From: Trichoplax adhaerens
Taxonomy: Eukaryota > Animalia > Placozoa
Assembly: GCF_000150275.1 (NCBI RefSeq)
Contig: NW_002060943.1
Span: forward strand, 4,980,008-5,044,007
DNA length: 64,000 nucleotides
Direction of reading: 5' to 3'
The translations under genes were made by a program, and so were the position numbers. Of this stretch, positions 38,901 to 54,699 are shown piece after piece. The notes beneath the pieces were generated by a model. The model ran no database searches and was not told the DNA's origin. It saw only the letters and a program-made list of their open reading frames with translations. How positions within the stretch are numbered: position 1 is the first letter of the stretch; each line of letters opens with the position of its first letter.

Positions 38901-41900
38901 TTCATGACATATTAAAAACTAAAAGATAAATCGACTATATTTGTTCAGCTAGGAGTATATCCGTATATTCTGCATTCCTATTAAACTAACATCATCATTC
39001 CAACTCCATTCAAGTGGAAATCTTTGCTCAAGTAAAAGTGGTAGCAAGTATCCACAGTATTCCTAACTTTACTCCCATAATAATTAATATATCCTATGTA
39101 TCAACTTATATTTTAGTCAATTTAAATCGATATGGACAATGAAAATATAAAATGCACAAATTCAATTAATAATATCTTTCATCAGGCTATTCTACTTCAT
39201 TAATCATAAAAGAAAATTTTAGAATAATGTCAACTTTGATCTTGTTTATTTGTAATTTTACGAATGATTCCAATACTGTGATGTAATCAAACCTGCACAA
39301 ACGTCTATAATATTAATTTCATACACTGATTATGAAGTAACCGACGATATTATGTAGTAAACAATTCGACTACCGTAATTGCGTAATCCCAGGATACGAT
39401 ACTAGTCTTTTATTAACAACGTATTCATTAATGCAATAAACAACCCAAAAACTACCATTGTTTGCATTGCAAGGTGGAATCTTTGCGTACATGATTAAAA
39501 TATAGATCTATCAACGACTTGTTTACGTAAACTGGGACAGCCTAGCTTTTTTCTGTTACGAATTTTGATCAATAACATTTCTAGAACTATTATCACATTA
39601 ATGAGCACATCAGCTCATTATTAGTAAGCTATAAATATAAAACCTTAACAGACATGAATTATAAAAATTAGCTCAGTCTACCCCAAACCTCTGATAAATA
39701 CCAATCAACACTATTATATAACCGTTGGTTAGCATGTCATAAATCCTATCGATTGCATATTCAGGTATGATACAGAAAGCTCAGTATTTATAGATTTACG
39801 TGCAGATATTAGATCCATCAAGCCTGTAAGAAAAATACTGGTTAACATGTAACGTGCTGGTAATTTTAGCAATAACGAATTTATCCAATTTAGAACCTTC
39901 ATATACGAGAGCTTATCAATTTTCTAAAAATTACCCAATTAAAACTTTTACGATAAATGCGATCAAGCAGGCTATCAACCTTTTCCTTAAGATTTTTATG
40001 ATATAATAGTAGCAATTGTCAATTGTGTTTACGAAAATTAGCTCAAGTTAGCCCTTTCCCCGATAAATAACCGCCAACATAATCATGTAATAATAAAAAA
40101 AAGCATTGTCAACCTTGCGATAATGGGTTTACAATATTATAGTTCAACATATGTCAGCTGGATTCTAGAAAACTAGCCCAAACTAAAACATACCCTAAGA
40201 TATATAATTATATATTACCATTTTAATCGTATGACCATTAAAACATTTAATTGAAATCGATCTATTAATCATGCTTATTCTTGCATATTGGTCAAGAATC
40301 TACATTAGTTACGTTCTCTCGAGTTATTTGAGTGTCGTTTCAAGTTTAAAAAAAAACATAACAGCTCACTGATCTCATTAATCGAGCAATCGATTTATCA
40401 TGTTTTTCAAACCATCTGTAGCCCTACAGTGCTTCTAAAAACAACATCGGCTATTTAATACTATACTCTGTTTTTATGAATAGTAAAATATCATGATCTC
40501 GACTATTAAAAGCGTACTCTCAGTGCAACTTTTATTTTTAGGTTATGCACTAAGGGATGCCAAACACTCTGCTAATTTTATATTAATCATCGATCGCCTA
40601 TAATTAATTAATATCGGCATATTAACAAACTAACAATCAAGTAATTACAGTGCCTTGTCTCCAATCTAATGCACTATTTCTGAAAACACAATAGTTACGG
40701 AGAGAACTAAAGAATTCCGTATAATAATAAAAATTCACAGCTGCTGATTAATCCTTCCCACGATCCATTAATTGATAGGCTGATTGCTAGAGATATGCAG
40801 CCCAACCATAACACAGTGCCGATAATGATTAAATAACAGGACAATAAATGAATATTAAAGAGTAAGATGAAAGTTTACCAAATTTGAGAATAGTAAAACT
40901 GACTACTTTAAATGATGACTTTTGACTATGGACTTATATCTTACCAGCCAACATATCATCAGTATAAACTACGGTAGTAATTAAGTGTCAGAATTGCAAA
41001 AATCGAATACACGTTACTTTCTACGATTCACTGATCTATATTCTAATCACTAAATATCTACTCTACATATTCGCAATATTAGTAATAGCGCTGAAGTTGA
41101 TGAAATATCGGCATAATAAAATTACCATAAGCACTACTCCTAGTAAGCAAGCATAGTATGTCTTGAGTCTTTCAAGGTGCAACATATGTTTTGATCTAAT
41201 GTTCATAACATACTATTTCGATAATATATTAACGATTTAAGGCTAATATTAATTATAATTCTTTATAGCTTTATATTAAACTGACAGATAGTAAGTCAAA
41301 ACTAGAAAAAAAATAACTTGAATCTTCTAACGGATAATACATTCTGGTACCGTGATTATAGAAACGATATGAAAATTTAGCAAGTATCATTTACTTTTCC
41401 CAGGCAATTAGATTTACTACTAGTTCATCCGTAGATTGTTAGTTAAAACGCCGAAAGAAAATAAAAGCATAATTATTATTATCTGCATGGTCTTGCAAGC
41501 CGTTGTGGTATGGGATATCAATTATTATACTGTTTCGTATACAGGTCCCACAGTGTGTAATAGTCATTACCTAGATCAATCTTCTATATTTCTTGTGATT
41601 GTAATTTCAAGCCTCCCAATTATGTCCCACCATTATTTATTTATTGAAGTATTAAAATTCCTTATTTTAAAAATGCAATACAGTCTAGTTGTGCGTTACA
41701 TGAAATATTCGCTTTTAAATTTGATCCTACATTTGTTTTTAATAGAATTTCCTGATGGCAATTTAAGCCAATCTTAAACTAAAAAAATTAAGGATATAGT
41801 AATTTATTAAATTTGCCATTCGAGTCTATCAGGTGCGATCTACCAATGTACTTCAATGCTACAGTAACAAATAATCATAACAGTATGACTAGGAAATAGA

Positions 41901-44900
41901 TTCAATCGGACATTAACTATTAACTTGTGTTATTTAATGCTCCATCATGTAGCTGATGTTATGCATTTGTATAATTCAAAGCCATTACAATATAGAAATC
42001 ATGAAATTACCCTCTCAAACTGATTTAGCTAGATACTATATCAAGTACGTTTATCTTAATCAACTAATGCTTAATCGAAAATGAACGACAAATAAAGACC
42101 ACTAATATCATGTATGACTAGACATCGTTCATTTACATGTTGATCTTGTAATATTTGATAGCTGACAGTCGTTTATTGTCATTATTGTAGCACATACAAA
42201 GTACTATTGACAGAGCGTCAACGAATCCCCGTATCAATAATTAGCTTTATGAATAGCGAGATGAAATTAACGTATTGCTCCATCCTGATCACAACGATCA
42301 CTACCAACAATTAAGTAGCAGCATTTATCGAATTGATAAAATTGAATTAATAGTCAATATTGGGTTGTTTACGAGGTAAATGAACAATTTGTCATAACAT
42401 TAAGAACATTTGATAAAATGGGAAACAATTTTGGGACTTTGTGGTGGAGTATACTATGCAGCAAGAGATATCGACTCCAAATTGATTTTTATATACAAGA
42501 ATTCAAATTTACAATCTACGTTAAACTTTTTTTTTCTCTTGCTACGTAAATTCCATTTCAAGCAGATCTGATAGCTGTACTTTAATTCTGTCAGCTGCGC
42601 TATTGCTAGAATGTTAAAGTTATTCTCAATTTAAGCCTTACGCAGGCAAAAAATGCGAGAATATATATTTTATACATTTCCGTTCTCAACGAATTGCGAT
42701 TTTTTATGGAACAATCAAAATCACTGTCATTTTATAAGTGCCGTGTAATATCAAAATCCATCCAAGTAAAGACTCATTCGTGCCCTTCTAAAGATATTAT
42801 AATTGCTGATAGTAGTTATTGCTATATAGCCTTAAATTTTATATACTATGAATAAATGCCGAAAAATAAAATAAACTTATAAAATTTACTCATCTAAGAG
42901 TAATATCAAATTGCTAAGATCTTATAAATCATACGTTTGAAGTGTTAACCCATAGACATCGCAGATAAGCGTATTGCTGGTTCTGTTAACGATCTTATTC
43001 AATCTAAGATACAAATGAAGCCGATGAAAAACAACTAAACTATTACCCCAAATTTAACGACATACGGATTATAATACTGTCTTTTCGACAAATATAAATA
43101 CCCAACAGTACTTGCTACATGAGCTCAGTCGATATTTCATTCTGTCCATAAAATAAGATCTATAAATCGAATACAGGCATATACGAGTTTGGTTGAATCC
43201 AATTAATCTGGTTACTAGAATAAGAGAGGAATTACCAGGAAATAACTGGTGATAAGATGAAATTAATACCCAGAATAATATGAATTAATTTAATCATTTT
43301 TATCGATGAGAGGAAAAATTTAAAAGTTATACATGTATACGATAATTAATGGCTTAATTTAATCCCAAATTATCAAAATTACAGCTAAATTTATAGCTGA
43401 CGGTAGACCTTGGAATACTATTTCGATTAGATCCGTTAAGCTCTTAAATTAAGATTTTTAAAATAATATAAGGTAAAGATTTATTATTTGCCACGAAAAT
43501 CCCATGGATATCAAGGAGAATTATATTAAATTGCATTGCGTAATATGAATTGAATCTATCTCATCATTAAAATCTTCATGTCAACTAATACGAAAGCGAA
43601 CTGTTTACAATGGAATACAACATACTTCCATTTTTATTTTTATTCTATTGATATAGTGATTTTACTTTCTCAACATTTTTTAAATGTCTTACTAAAAGAT
43701 ACTAATATGCTACATTTTAAATAGTTTAGATCTATTAGGACCTGAAAAAAAGTTAGAGTAGAAATACAGTAGTCAAAGAAAATAGATACAGTAAACCAGT
43801 AAGCAAAAATTAGACTCTAAAACATAAATTTCTATTACGAATGCTAAGTTTTTGTACAATACGAAATAAACTAGATGATCCTGGCGCAAAACTGTGTGTT
43901 ATTCCTAATATAATCATACATGTACTTGAGACAACGGATTCGTAATCTCTCAGGATAAATGTTACTATACTAAAAACGCTAATTCTGACCCGTTTGCTAT
44001 AAATATTACTTTATTTTCAGTCAATTTTTGATTATTTAATACCCATTAATGTTAATCGATTCATGTTAAGACACCCTAATATCAAGATAACTCAATTATA
44101 GACTCATCGATTAGATACAAACGTATGGAATAGCTTGACTATTAGCAAGATAGAGGAGAAGATCTACTACTAATTGCCGATTTTAAAAATCGCTACAATA
44201 CCAAAGAAAGAATACAGTATACAGGACGTAAGATGAGCAATAGAAACAATATCTGTGCCCACTAATTTAGGAAATTTTACAATTATGATTGCTAGAACAC
44301 TACAATCATTAAGTCTGATTTTTCGCATTCTAACAAAATTTTATTTGACTACATGTAGTATAAAACTACAAAAAGAGTAAGAAGTTAATTTCATATAGTA
44401 TAGTAAGTTTGGAAAGGCAATATCATTAATCAAGGAGCAGTATGAATAATGAATCTAAGTACATGAAAACTAGGTTCAGTTATCTTTCGATACTCATCAC
44501 ATTTACCGGCAAAATTAAAAGTATTCCAGGATCAAAAAGTCTATTAAAATAAACTGCTGCTTTTTTTATCATTAGGCTACTTCTGTAATTGATATAGCAT
44601 GGATAATTTTTAAAATAGAAGTAAAGGAAAATTGATAAATCCAGCACTGCGCATACAGTATTTTTTGGTAGCTGCACTAAAATCTTTTCTTACTGGCTTC
44701 AATATCATCATTATTCAATTCTTAAGGCGATTAACAATGGTGAAAGAATGACGAGTTCACAGAATCTCTACTTAATGCAGTACCGTAGTAACCCAAAATT
44801 CTCATTCCTATTCCATCTATGTTAGTAATAACATACGGACATAAATGAGAATCCAGATACTAGCAACTGTATACTTCAAAGAACTCTGATAGGCACTTTA

Positions 44901-47049
44901 ATCTTGGAAATTTAGACTAACTGTAGCAAAAGCTATCTTTATACAGGCAAAATAAAACTGGTAGACGTTTACAAATAGATGTCTACACTTGTATAGTAAC
45001 CCCATCATCAGTAATTAAATTGCTCATCATGAGGGTTACGCTAGTTGAAAATAGAATACCTGCATAATACCTAGTTATCTACAGGTAACAATATATGAAT
45101 TCTCATCCCTATTCCATCCTTATTAATAATAACAATATACAGATGTAAAGCGAAAACTCATACCCTAGCTACACTTCAGAGAACTCTGGGAGACACATTA
45201 ATCCTGAAAATCCAGGCTAATTGTAGTAAAATCTATCTCTAGACAGGAGAAAACAACACAGATGGATATTCGCACTTGTATAATAGCCCCTAACATCAGT
45301 AGTTAAATTGCTCATCATGCGGGTCACGCTATTTGAAAAATAGGATATCCTCATGATAACTAATTGTCTATCGTCAATCATTTTGTAACCACCGGTGAGG
45401 GAATAATCTATTATAGATTACCGTAAAATTTACAATAGTCCAACATAAGTAATTTAGATAGCAAGTGGCGTATAATGCAATCACAACGATCCACTTCTGT
45501 AAATTATTTCCAATAGATGAAATAGAGTCTATTCATGAAAAGATGACAGATAGGGAAAATGTTACGTATTGTGGACATCTTCCGCTATATATTACCTTGC
45601 TGCTAAGATCAATAATAGCATCGACCATTTTACCTAAACTATTATAGCTATTGTAAGATACAAATTCAAACTAGAACTTCCATTTTCTGTTAATATCATG
45701 GCTGTAAGATATTAAGAGATCTTTTTGAGAGATCTCTTAGAATTAACAAATGATTTTATCTACAACAATCACAGTAATAGGATCGATTTTTGAAATTTCA
45801 ATTTCTCTTCATTAGTACACTATTACAGTAATGCGGCCGACTTGTAAAGTGTAATATGGAACTTTTGATATATTGAAAGTTCTATGTAGTAAATAAATAA
45901 CCACAAGTAGCAGATACTGTAATGATAGAACTGATTTTGGAATAGGAATTGGACAATTTTATACATCAGGAAGTGCAGTTTAATTAGTACGACGACCAAG
46001 TCTTGTAATAATCGAATGAAGAATTTTCTCGAATCACTGACTCAAACTAGTAACTGTAGCCAGGGCTTAGATACTGAATCGAAAATGCAAACTTTTAGAT
46101 TCTAGAGTTCTACAGTAGTGTGCTGTAAATATAACAAATGATTCTGTTTAGCTATAATTATTGTGACAAAATCAACTCTAAAATGGAATTTGAAAATCTC
46201 TCAATATTTAGAATTTTAGTTAAAGTAACTCCCTTAGTAACAATCGAGTATTAGGAAAAACTTTTAATTGGGAGAAAAAATTTCTATCATGGAATGGCCA
46301 CTGCGTAATCGATTTATATTGATGTAATAAAAAGCATAATATAAACCCAGGTTACTACAGCAATAATGTTTATCACTACGTAAATTAGTTTCAAACAAGG
46401 ATGTAAAACGTGCGACGGATTTTTTAAATATTGAAGCTATTTTACCCTTAATAATATACTATTAATTTGTGGTCTTTTTCATATTTTAAATTACTTCTAC
46501 AATGATAATTTTCAATTTGAAACGAAGTATGCGTACTCTAAACTTCCACAAAATTATAAAAATTATTCTTTTCATATGATCTGTGTAGCAGCTATGGCGA
46601 TAAAATAAATCCCAAGCATTTTATTTTATATCGATATTATTTGTAATGATTGATCATTTGAATTAATTTTTTAAATATTTTACGAGATCATACTATCAGA
46701 AATAGATAAATTCATTAATCCTATTTTAAAACTTAAATGTAAGCAATAAGTTATTGATCAAAATTTCATTTATGCCTAAAATCAAGCAGGATTCAATTTC
46801 TACGACTGATTTTAGCACGGAACATTTTCTGTTTGTTGAATTAAATTTTTGCGTGTTGAAAATAATTCTTTTAAGTGTTTTATTACCTCTCATGCTATTT
46901 TACTTTCTAAAAAATTTCGAACTAGCGCATTTCAATTCAGTTCGATCGTGCATTAATGTCAAACTTACCATTAAAATGAACGTTGCTAGAAATTCTCCCA
47001 TGGCTTCGGGATTGAGCCATCTGAATATCGGTCGCAATCTTTCCTTCAT
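35939..47049 (-). CDS. aquaglyceroporin (MIP family, AQP3/7/9/10-like), 5 exons, 286 aa
   Basis: Minus-strand exons: 47049-46969 (MKERLRPIFRWLNPEAMGEFLATFILM), 38166-37902 (TFGIGSVAQ...GAHMNPAMT), 37692-37571 (AYDGGVRQ...ATAQIWATYPQPYL), 37073-36856 (GLNCGYAINPARDFAPRL) and 36113-35939 (YWFWVPIVGPILGA). All introns are GT-AG and phase-consistent; 861 nt in total. NPA...NPARD is the glyceroporin signature. Confidence 0.93.
36230..36495 (+). repeat. diverged tandem repeat, ~105-bp unit x2-3, in the last aquaglyceroporin intron
   Basis: TACTGCAAG.TTATCAT.TCACT.ATATT..TTTACGCC.ATATTTATCT at about 36247 and about 36351, with a weaker copy at about 36455. Confidence 0.75.
44798..45372 (+). repeat. 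diverged tandem duplication, ~300-bp unit x2, in aquaglyceroporin intron 1
   Basis: ATTCTCAT.CCTATTCCATC at about 44798 and about 45099. Shared blocks include GAACTCTG, CACTTGTATA and CATCAGTA.TTAAATTGCTCATCATG.GGGT.ACGCTA.TTGAAAA. Confidence 0.88.
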
Positions 47050-50000
47050 CTTACTTTCGTGAATCTATCAATGTAATAGGCGATTTAAAATTTAGCTCAG
47101 ATTCAATGGATAGGGCAAGTCAATCAGGATATACGACAAACAATTAATGACTGAATAAAAAGTGAATTTGATTCATTATTATTACGATGTATTGTTGGAT
47201 TATATGTCCTATCCAATAGGTATTTTCTAATTAAAATCAGTAAAACCAACTCAAAGTGAAGATAAGGTGACGAAGATGATGCGAACGTTACTATACTAGT
47301 AATTTAATTTGAATTATACCCTAGTTACTTCATCATCAACAATAATAATATTTATCATGCTTCCCCAATGTCAATATCATTATTTTTAATAGAATTGAGA
47401 TTTGAACTATAAAAAAAGTGAGTCCCTATAATAATGCTTTATACTATATCTTATAATTTATTTCAATGGCCATCTAATATTTTATCTAATACTTAATTTA
47501 ATAATCGGAAAATAACAAGAATTCGTCATCATTTCCAATTAATTATTTAATGCACTTGCAGGCTCATTTCGACAAATGTATTATTGATTACCAGTTAATA
47601 GACGGGATCATATCATACATGGTATGGTGCAATATATACGAAGTTTGTATCACCAGCAGTCTGTGATATTGGAACAGGTCAAGTATAAATCGAGTATAGA
47701 AGACAGATTCTCATTTATCAGTTTTATCTACCCTAACGCCCTGCCTATTTAGATATTTAAATAGTAATATTCACATATTTTGGTAGATTTTGATTACCTT
47801 CTGCTTATATTGCATCATTCGATTTACGGTTACGAAGAAATACAGAGAAATAAATAAAATATGGCAGTAATAATAAATTGAATATTTATTGGAAATATAG
47901 TTGAAATAAAAGAGTCTAAAAGAATTGAATCCACCCTGTTTTATGATATAACTTTCATGGCCATGTTAATCAATAGCATGAGATGAATTAAACGCTTTAT
48001 TATACTCTATCGAATTATTTCATGTGCTAATTTACTTTTTATTCTTCTAACAATTCATATAAATAATACATAATTCAAAACAGCTGTATCATAATTTGAT
48101 TGGATCATCTATTCTCGACATAGAGGATAGAAGTATTGTCAGTTTTAAATAAAAGGTACTGCTAACAAATATGCTATAGTCTTTCAATAGATTCTAAAAT
48201 ATTGATAGAGTATTAGCGAACTAAATAGAGAAAAGTACATGAGGTTAACAAGAACATCTATCATAGATTATCCGATACTATATTAAATTACGCACGGAAT
48301 CCATTTATAGGAATTAAGCACACGTATGTATTTATGACTAAAACATGCCCTTGCAGGATTAAAATATGTAACATAGTATAATTTACGCCAGCTATGGGCT
48401 AGAGTAATTGTCATCTGCCCTACTACTATTATCCATGTCAATATCAAGTAAAATTTTATATGTAAATCAAGAAATTACGTGCGATATAATTTCAAGACGA
48501 AGCTAATAGAATAATATACTAGACATATATTCTGCTATTAAATTAAGATATAACAGTATAGCACCTAGCATAACATCCGCAGTAAAGATCCGTTAATTTA
48601 AATAGTCAATTCGCAGAAATAAAAGTTTTAATCAAAGTTAATTAAATTTACTTGGAAATTATATGGCTTTCTAATACGGGTACAGTTTTATAACTAATTT
48701 CTAATTAAATATATCAACTACATCAACTAATATTAAAATAGCAGTTAGCTAAAATCAGTCTCTATAAACGACTCATAATGATCACATCTCGGTATGAAAA
48801 TCTTCCTATAGACTCCTCATAAGAAGTACTAGCAGGTGTAACTAAGCAGTACTTCCCAAAGAATGTCATATTACACCTGATGTTAAAACTTGCAATATTT
48901 ACCTCTACTTAACATGCAATGTGATAAGCATGGGACTGTTTTTCAGAACAGCCAAATATCTGCACGGCTCTGATCATATGAATACAATTAGCGACCAGTT
49001 ATATATAAATTCCACTTATATAAACACCCATTGACAATCTTGACTTGTACTGTCAATGTCAATGATTAAGCGAATTGAAATGATAACATGTTCAACATTC
49101 ACAACTATAGCATAATTTGGTTTAGCAACAGTCAGATTGGAATAAAATACGTAGACATCCGTTTACATAATTAGGAATTTATTCATTCGATTGACGACGT
49201 TTATCATATTTCATCAATAATTGCTCGTTTAATAATGCTTATCAAACACTATATGCAAATAGTAGTGGAGATCATTTCAAAATTTATTTTGCTATTAAGA
49301 TGGCTATGGTTCTTAAGACTTCGTGCATAACTTTCTAAATCTTATTGGATCGAAAGCACTGAAATAATTTTTTCGTTGTACCATAGACTTTAGCAATGCC
49401 ATAGGTATTATTATGATATACTTTGCTTTATAGCTACAGAAATATTATAGCTACAGAAATATTTAGGCTTTACATCAATGAGGCTGCTGCTGTAATCGGC
49501 TAACGATATTTGTTCAAAGAAGATCAAGAAATTCTAAGATGAAGTGTACTTTTAGTCTATCTTAACTATAGCACATTTTATTTGTAATTTAGCATTAAAA
49601 CTGGTTCTACGGAATAGTAATGAGCGACAGTACAGGCGAGAAATGCTCTAAACTCTGTACTACTAACTACTGCCAATAACTAGATATCGTCCGTAGGTAA
49701 ATAATACCACATTTTGTGCGAGTGTCATAATTAAAAAGTAGTGTTGCTTAGCTAAAATCTAATACGGTCATACGACGATTAATATTTAAAATACCGTATT
49801 TAATACAATTATTCAAAAAAATGTTAATAATTCAGTCGTATGAAGTATTGATTTCTAGAAATAAATGTATAGTAGGGTATTTAAGAATAAGAAGAACGGC
49901 ATTTAAAATGTTTTAAAATACAGCCATACAAATGTCTGTGACTGAATCTATCTATTAACTTTGATAATTAATTTATGATGTATTAAGTGTATCAGCCATA

Positions 50001-53000
50001 GTCACATTCCGAAAACTATCTTGGTCTAGTGTTGCCAGCATCTTATCCTAATAACAGTAGACTCGGAAATAATATAATTATAATAAATTTCAAGATATAG
50101 AATCTAGCTATTAACTTAAATTGTTATTTTATAATAAATCAAGGCCTATAAGTAGTCGTCACGTCCTTATGACTCTATCGTTATAGCATTAAATAGTCCA
50201 TCTAATTCTATTAACAGTCAATTCATAAGTAAATGAGCTGTATTAAAAATGTTAAGGCGTAGATGTCAATAATTAAAGATAAAATCTATATACGTAGAAT
50301 TAATTAAAATTTTAACGGAAATTATACCTCCACCATCAAAATAAAATCAACTCTGAAATTAAGCAATTAAATGTTGAAACAAAGTTAAGTTAATAATTTA
50401 TCACTATCTAAGTAGGCACATAAATGTCTTATGGCTATACCATCTGATTGAGATAATTGCAACGCAACAATGGTAGGCACAGATTTATTCTCATTATGAT
50501 TGGAAGATCTAATAGTTATTGCAAATTATCGCGAATTATTGATTATAAGTCATACAAAAAGTCGTCTATTTTTCGTAATATTAATCAATAACCCTGGAAT
50601 ATCGCTATAAGATTAATGTTTAAATAATAAATGTCAAGCTGATTTCTAGTCATATTGTATACCAAATTTGTAACTGATTTACTGATATAGCATATTACAG
50701 TATGCTGGCTTTGGAATATTATACGTATACATTCACCGTATATAATACGCTATGACTAATAACAACGCCATAATTGACAAATTTTTCATCACTAAAATAA
50801 CGATAGAATAACTTATGATCTGATTCTTCTATTATCATAATCGATACTAAGTGAAGTAGCAAAAAGAATGATTATCATGATTGAAGTAATTAACAAAATT
50901 CAGCTTTGATTACAATCAAGCTAGGTAAATCACAGTTGTAAGTGGTGTTTTCATACTGTTCTTGATTTATTACTACATTTAGCAAATAATTTCGCAGTAG
51001 TCAGTCATTACTTTCTGTAGAGTAAACTATCTAAACTAACATTAGCATAAAATCCTGCACTACTATCGTTAGATACAGTATATTATAACTGAGATAGTAA
51101 TCGACAAGAATACCAGTGATAAGTATCGAGCTTAAGATACCAAAAGTGTAGAAAATGGAATTTTCTAATATAGTTCATAGCTTACTGGTCAGCTAATACT
51201 TTCACCTGTCCTATACAATATATTGATTTACACAGGCTTGTGGTAAGAACAACTATTCAATCAGGACAATCAAAGTAAAATTTAATCGTAACGATCAACA
51301 TTCAGCGACTTTTATTCGTTGAATAATTCTCTCTCCTCGAATAGTTACTATCTAAGATATCTACTAATGCCTTGTAAAATTAAAAATATTATTCAATTGT
51401 ATCATAAAATTAATTTAAATTTCTTGATGATGGTTATATACAGATAGTATACAATTCTTAACACATTAATATGCCCTCTAACTACTCATCTTGATTAATC
51501 ACGGCCACCAGATCAAAATATCCATCCTATGTATAATAAACTTATGCACGTTCAAAGATACGTACAGTAATATTGTGTAGCAAATAATCGATCTAAAATA
51601 CACAGAAACACTGAAGATAAAATGACATTGAATTTGGCATTGTTTGATAAAGGAAATCTTTTCACGTTTGGCTTAGCAACGGTAATACCCAAGCCATGGC
51701 TCAGATAGTAAACACAAGAACTGGGCTAAAATTCTGTAAACTTATGATCTATTCAAGTAGAATCATTGTGTAGAAATAATACTCTATAGTAATTGATAAA
51801 TTATGAAGTTTACAGATGGAGGTACTCTATTCTATTTACAAATTTCTACTACGAATCATTACGTGGTAGAAACGATAATCTAATTCATAATTTATGTAGG
51901 TGGGGATACTCCATCTCGTTTACAAATTCCTACTGTACCTCGCCATAAATGGCATCACTAGCCTAACTTGCTAGAGATGCAACAGCTATTTCTAACTAAA
52001 AAAATTTCGTACCCTAATTTTATAATTTACCCCTTCACATGTTTAATCTTTCGCTAGAGCATTTCGAATATATGGCAGAACAAATTTGTTCTAGCCTGGA
52101 TAATTCTCCTATTTTATTTTATATTCAACCTGAAATATAATATCTATTCTCGGAAATGCTAGCCAATGTCTTTCCAATCATCGAATATCATTGCATGCTT
52201 ACAAACGAAATCGCCTATAAAATGCACTGCTTGATTCTAGGGCTATCAATTAATATACCTTCTAATCACTTAACAAGATTAAACGCTAAAACACGAAGTT
52301 CTATCAAATGATTACAACGCTTTCAAAATCTGTTACCGACCAATATGATACCAATAGCGAGCTCAGAAAATAAAACCTCACGTAGTTACCCCACTGTTGG
52401 GAATGAAACGATCATATTTAAATAAATTGGGTAACAATTAGGAAATATTTTAATGTTATTAGTAGATTCTGCGTGTACTATAGAACCGCATGCACGAACA
52501 AGGGGAGGGGCAATTTTAAGACAGGGTGCCTCTACGGTTCTGTGATCGAACTGTCTTAGATATATTGTAGCAAGAACTTTAATTTCTTGTAAAAGCTTCA
52601 CTTTACTATTTAAATTAGTTCTTCAAGTAAATTATCAGGGACTACCTAGGAAAAGACTATGTTACTTACGGTAAGTAGCGTCGACGAACAGTTACTTGTA
52701 AAATCTTATAATCTAACATAAAACTTGAACTATACTCGCACAATCTTGCAGTCTTAACCTTAAGCACCTTTTGAAGACGATACTATAGATTCAATTATCC
52801 GTAACAAGCAGAATTTTATGAGGCCTATTTTATTCTATTGATCGTGGTTGTAGCGAATCTTTAAATTCTACAAATATCTCTAGTGGCAGAAAGATACGAT
52901 GAAATTAACCGTAATCGATTCATTCATTCCAGTGCCGCTAAGAAGTAAGCTGAGTACAGTATATTAGGATATGAATATGGAAATGGAGCGCCGTTTACTA

Positions 53001-54699
53001 ATACTATTTATAATCAAGTTTCTTAATATTTGTTGCCACTTTAAGTAGAGAATACAGCAACTTTTAGCTTCCATAATACTCCATTCTAGCGGAAATATCG
53101 AAATGGAGAAATATTATGAAGAGATTTAAAAGGCTAGGGCAAAGCTTAAGGGATAAATCCGTTAAGCCAACTACCGTTTTAAACCTCATCCATTACCAAA
53201 CTGCTTGATATTAGTTACCAACTGTTCCATACAGCATCTGATCCCAACTATAGCAAGATTTTGACTTTTACAATAATTTAATCATACTTGTATAGTAATA
53301 AGTTCTTATAATATTATCTAAACTAGTGATTAATCCACTGCGTTGCTAAAGTATGAATCAGTCGTTATTTCCATGAAATTTGGCTTTCAGAATTTAATTT
53401 GAGTAGGAATACCTATTTAGCTATGTCTCTTAATAATAGGAGATTATCGGCATTTTGAAAATTACAGCAGACAAGAACACATAGGTGCTATAAAGTCGTT
53501 ATTATTTTTACTACCGTTACAAAATCTTCATTTACAGCAAACGTATAACGTAATAATCTTAGCGATAGTCCCTAACATATACGAAAAGCGTATTTTAAAT
53601 ATTGGTCATCTGCTTAAAGTTATTAACTTCAGTATTAATCATGCAAAGGCAGAACATAAATGATATCAGGTCGAGGAGGCTTTTGAACTATCCATGGTAA
53701 ACTAGTCTGATGTAAAGTCAATCTAGAATGTTTATTCATTTAAGACTGATTTTTAACGAGATTCTCTGGTGATTGACATTTAAAGCAATCATAATCAATT
53801 TATCTGAAACTCAAATGGTATTTGACTTTTTCGTACACAAACAGACTACAAATCTATTGGAAGTACATCTTGCAACAATAATATAACGATAACTTCTAGC
53901 TTAAACTAACAAAACATCAACGGATGAAGACCATCAGATCTGATTTCATGTTAATTTAACCTGTTGATCAAATCAAGAAATATATGAAAGGAGATTTAAT
54001 ATTTGAAGTTTGTGTCAGGAAATAGACTAGAGAATTGACCCTACATGCGCGTTTGTGAGACTAACAGAATCCTGACTGACAGCTTCGTTAACAGATGATC
54101 TAAAGGGTTAATTTAGGTCTTGTCAACTATGATAAGTCATTATCCTCTACCTGCATAATCTTACTTGTAAGCAAGTAAACTAACAAGGAAGTTTCGCAGT
54201 TATTTTCAATCCACTACTTACAGCTAGTAAAAATTTAAGCTTAGCTCATTCTTGGTTGGTTGATTATAATTACTGAACAATTAGTACAACGCTAAAATGA
54301 TAATAAGATTAAAAATTAATGGCAAATGATGTTGTCAATCTTAAATTATTTATAAATGGTGTAGGAAGAGGTAATACTGTCAAAGTAATTCGTAAATTAA
54401 AACAAATCAAGAGTTCTCACCCTTCTGTTATCAATACCAATAATTAAACCAGCTAGTACATAGACAACGGCTAAAGCATGATTTTAGAGATTTTGTTGAC
54501 TGCAAAAATCTCTTTAATTAAGATGGCGTATACAAGTGAAGATTTAAAGTAGTAAAGCAAGTGCAGCTTTTCTTCTCGATGGAATAAGCAAACTTGGAAA
54601 TGAATTAATCTAGAATTAATGCTTAAACCCAAGATTGCAACAAATATTTGACAGATCGATTCGCGCTTGTCCTCCTATGATATATGCTGTCATCCATAT

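Noticed and set aside
41436-41777. 113-aa ORF inside the aquaglyceroporin intron
   Set aside because: Non-ATG start, I/L/F/Y-rich composition typical of AT-rich non-coding DNA, and no recognisable motif.
46754-47062. 102-aa plus-strand ORF
   Set aside because: Antisense shadow of aquaglyceroporin exon 1 and the adjacent intron.
49429-49463. 17-bp direct repeat TATAGCTACAGAAATAT x2
   Set aside because: A trivial slippage duplication; there are no spacers, so it is not CRISPR-like.
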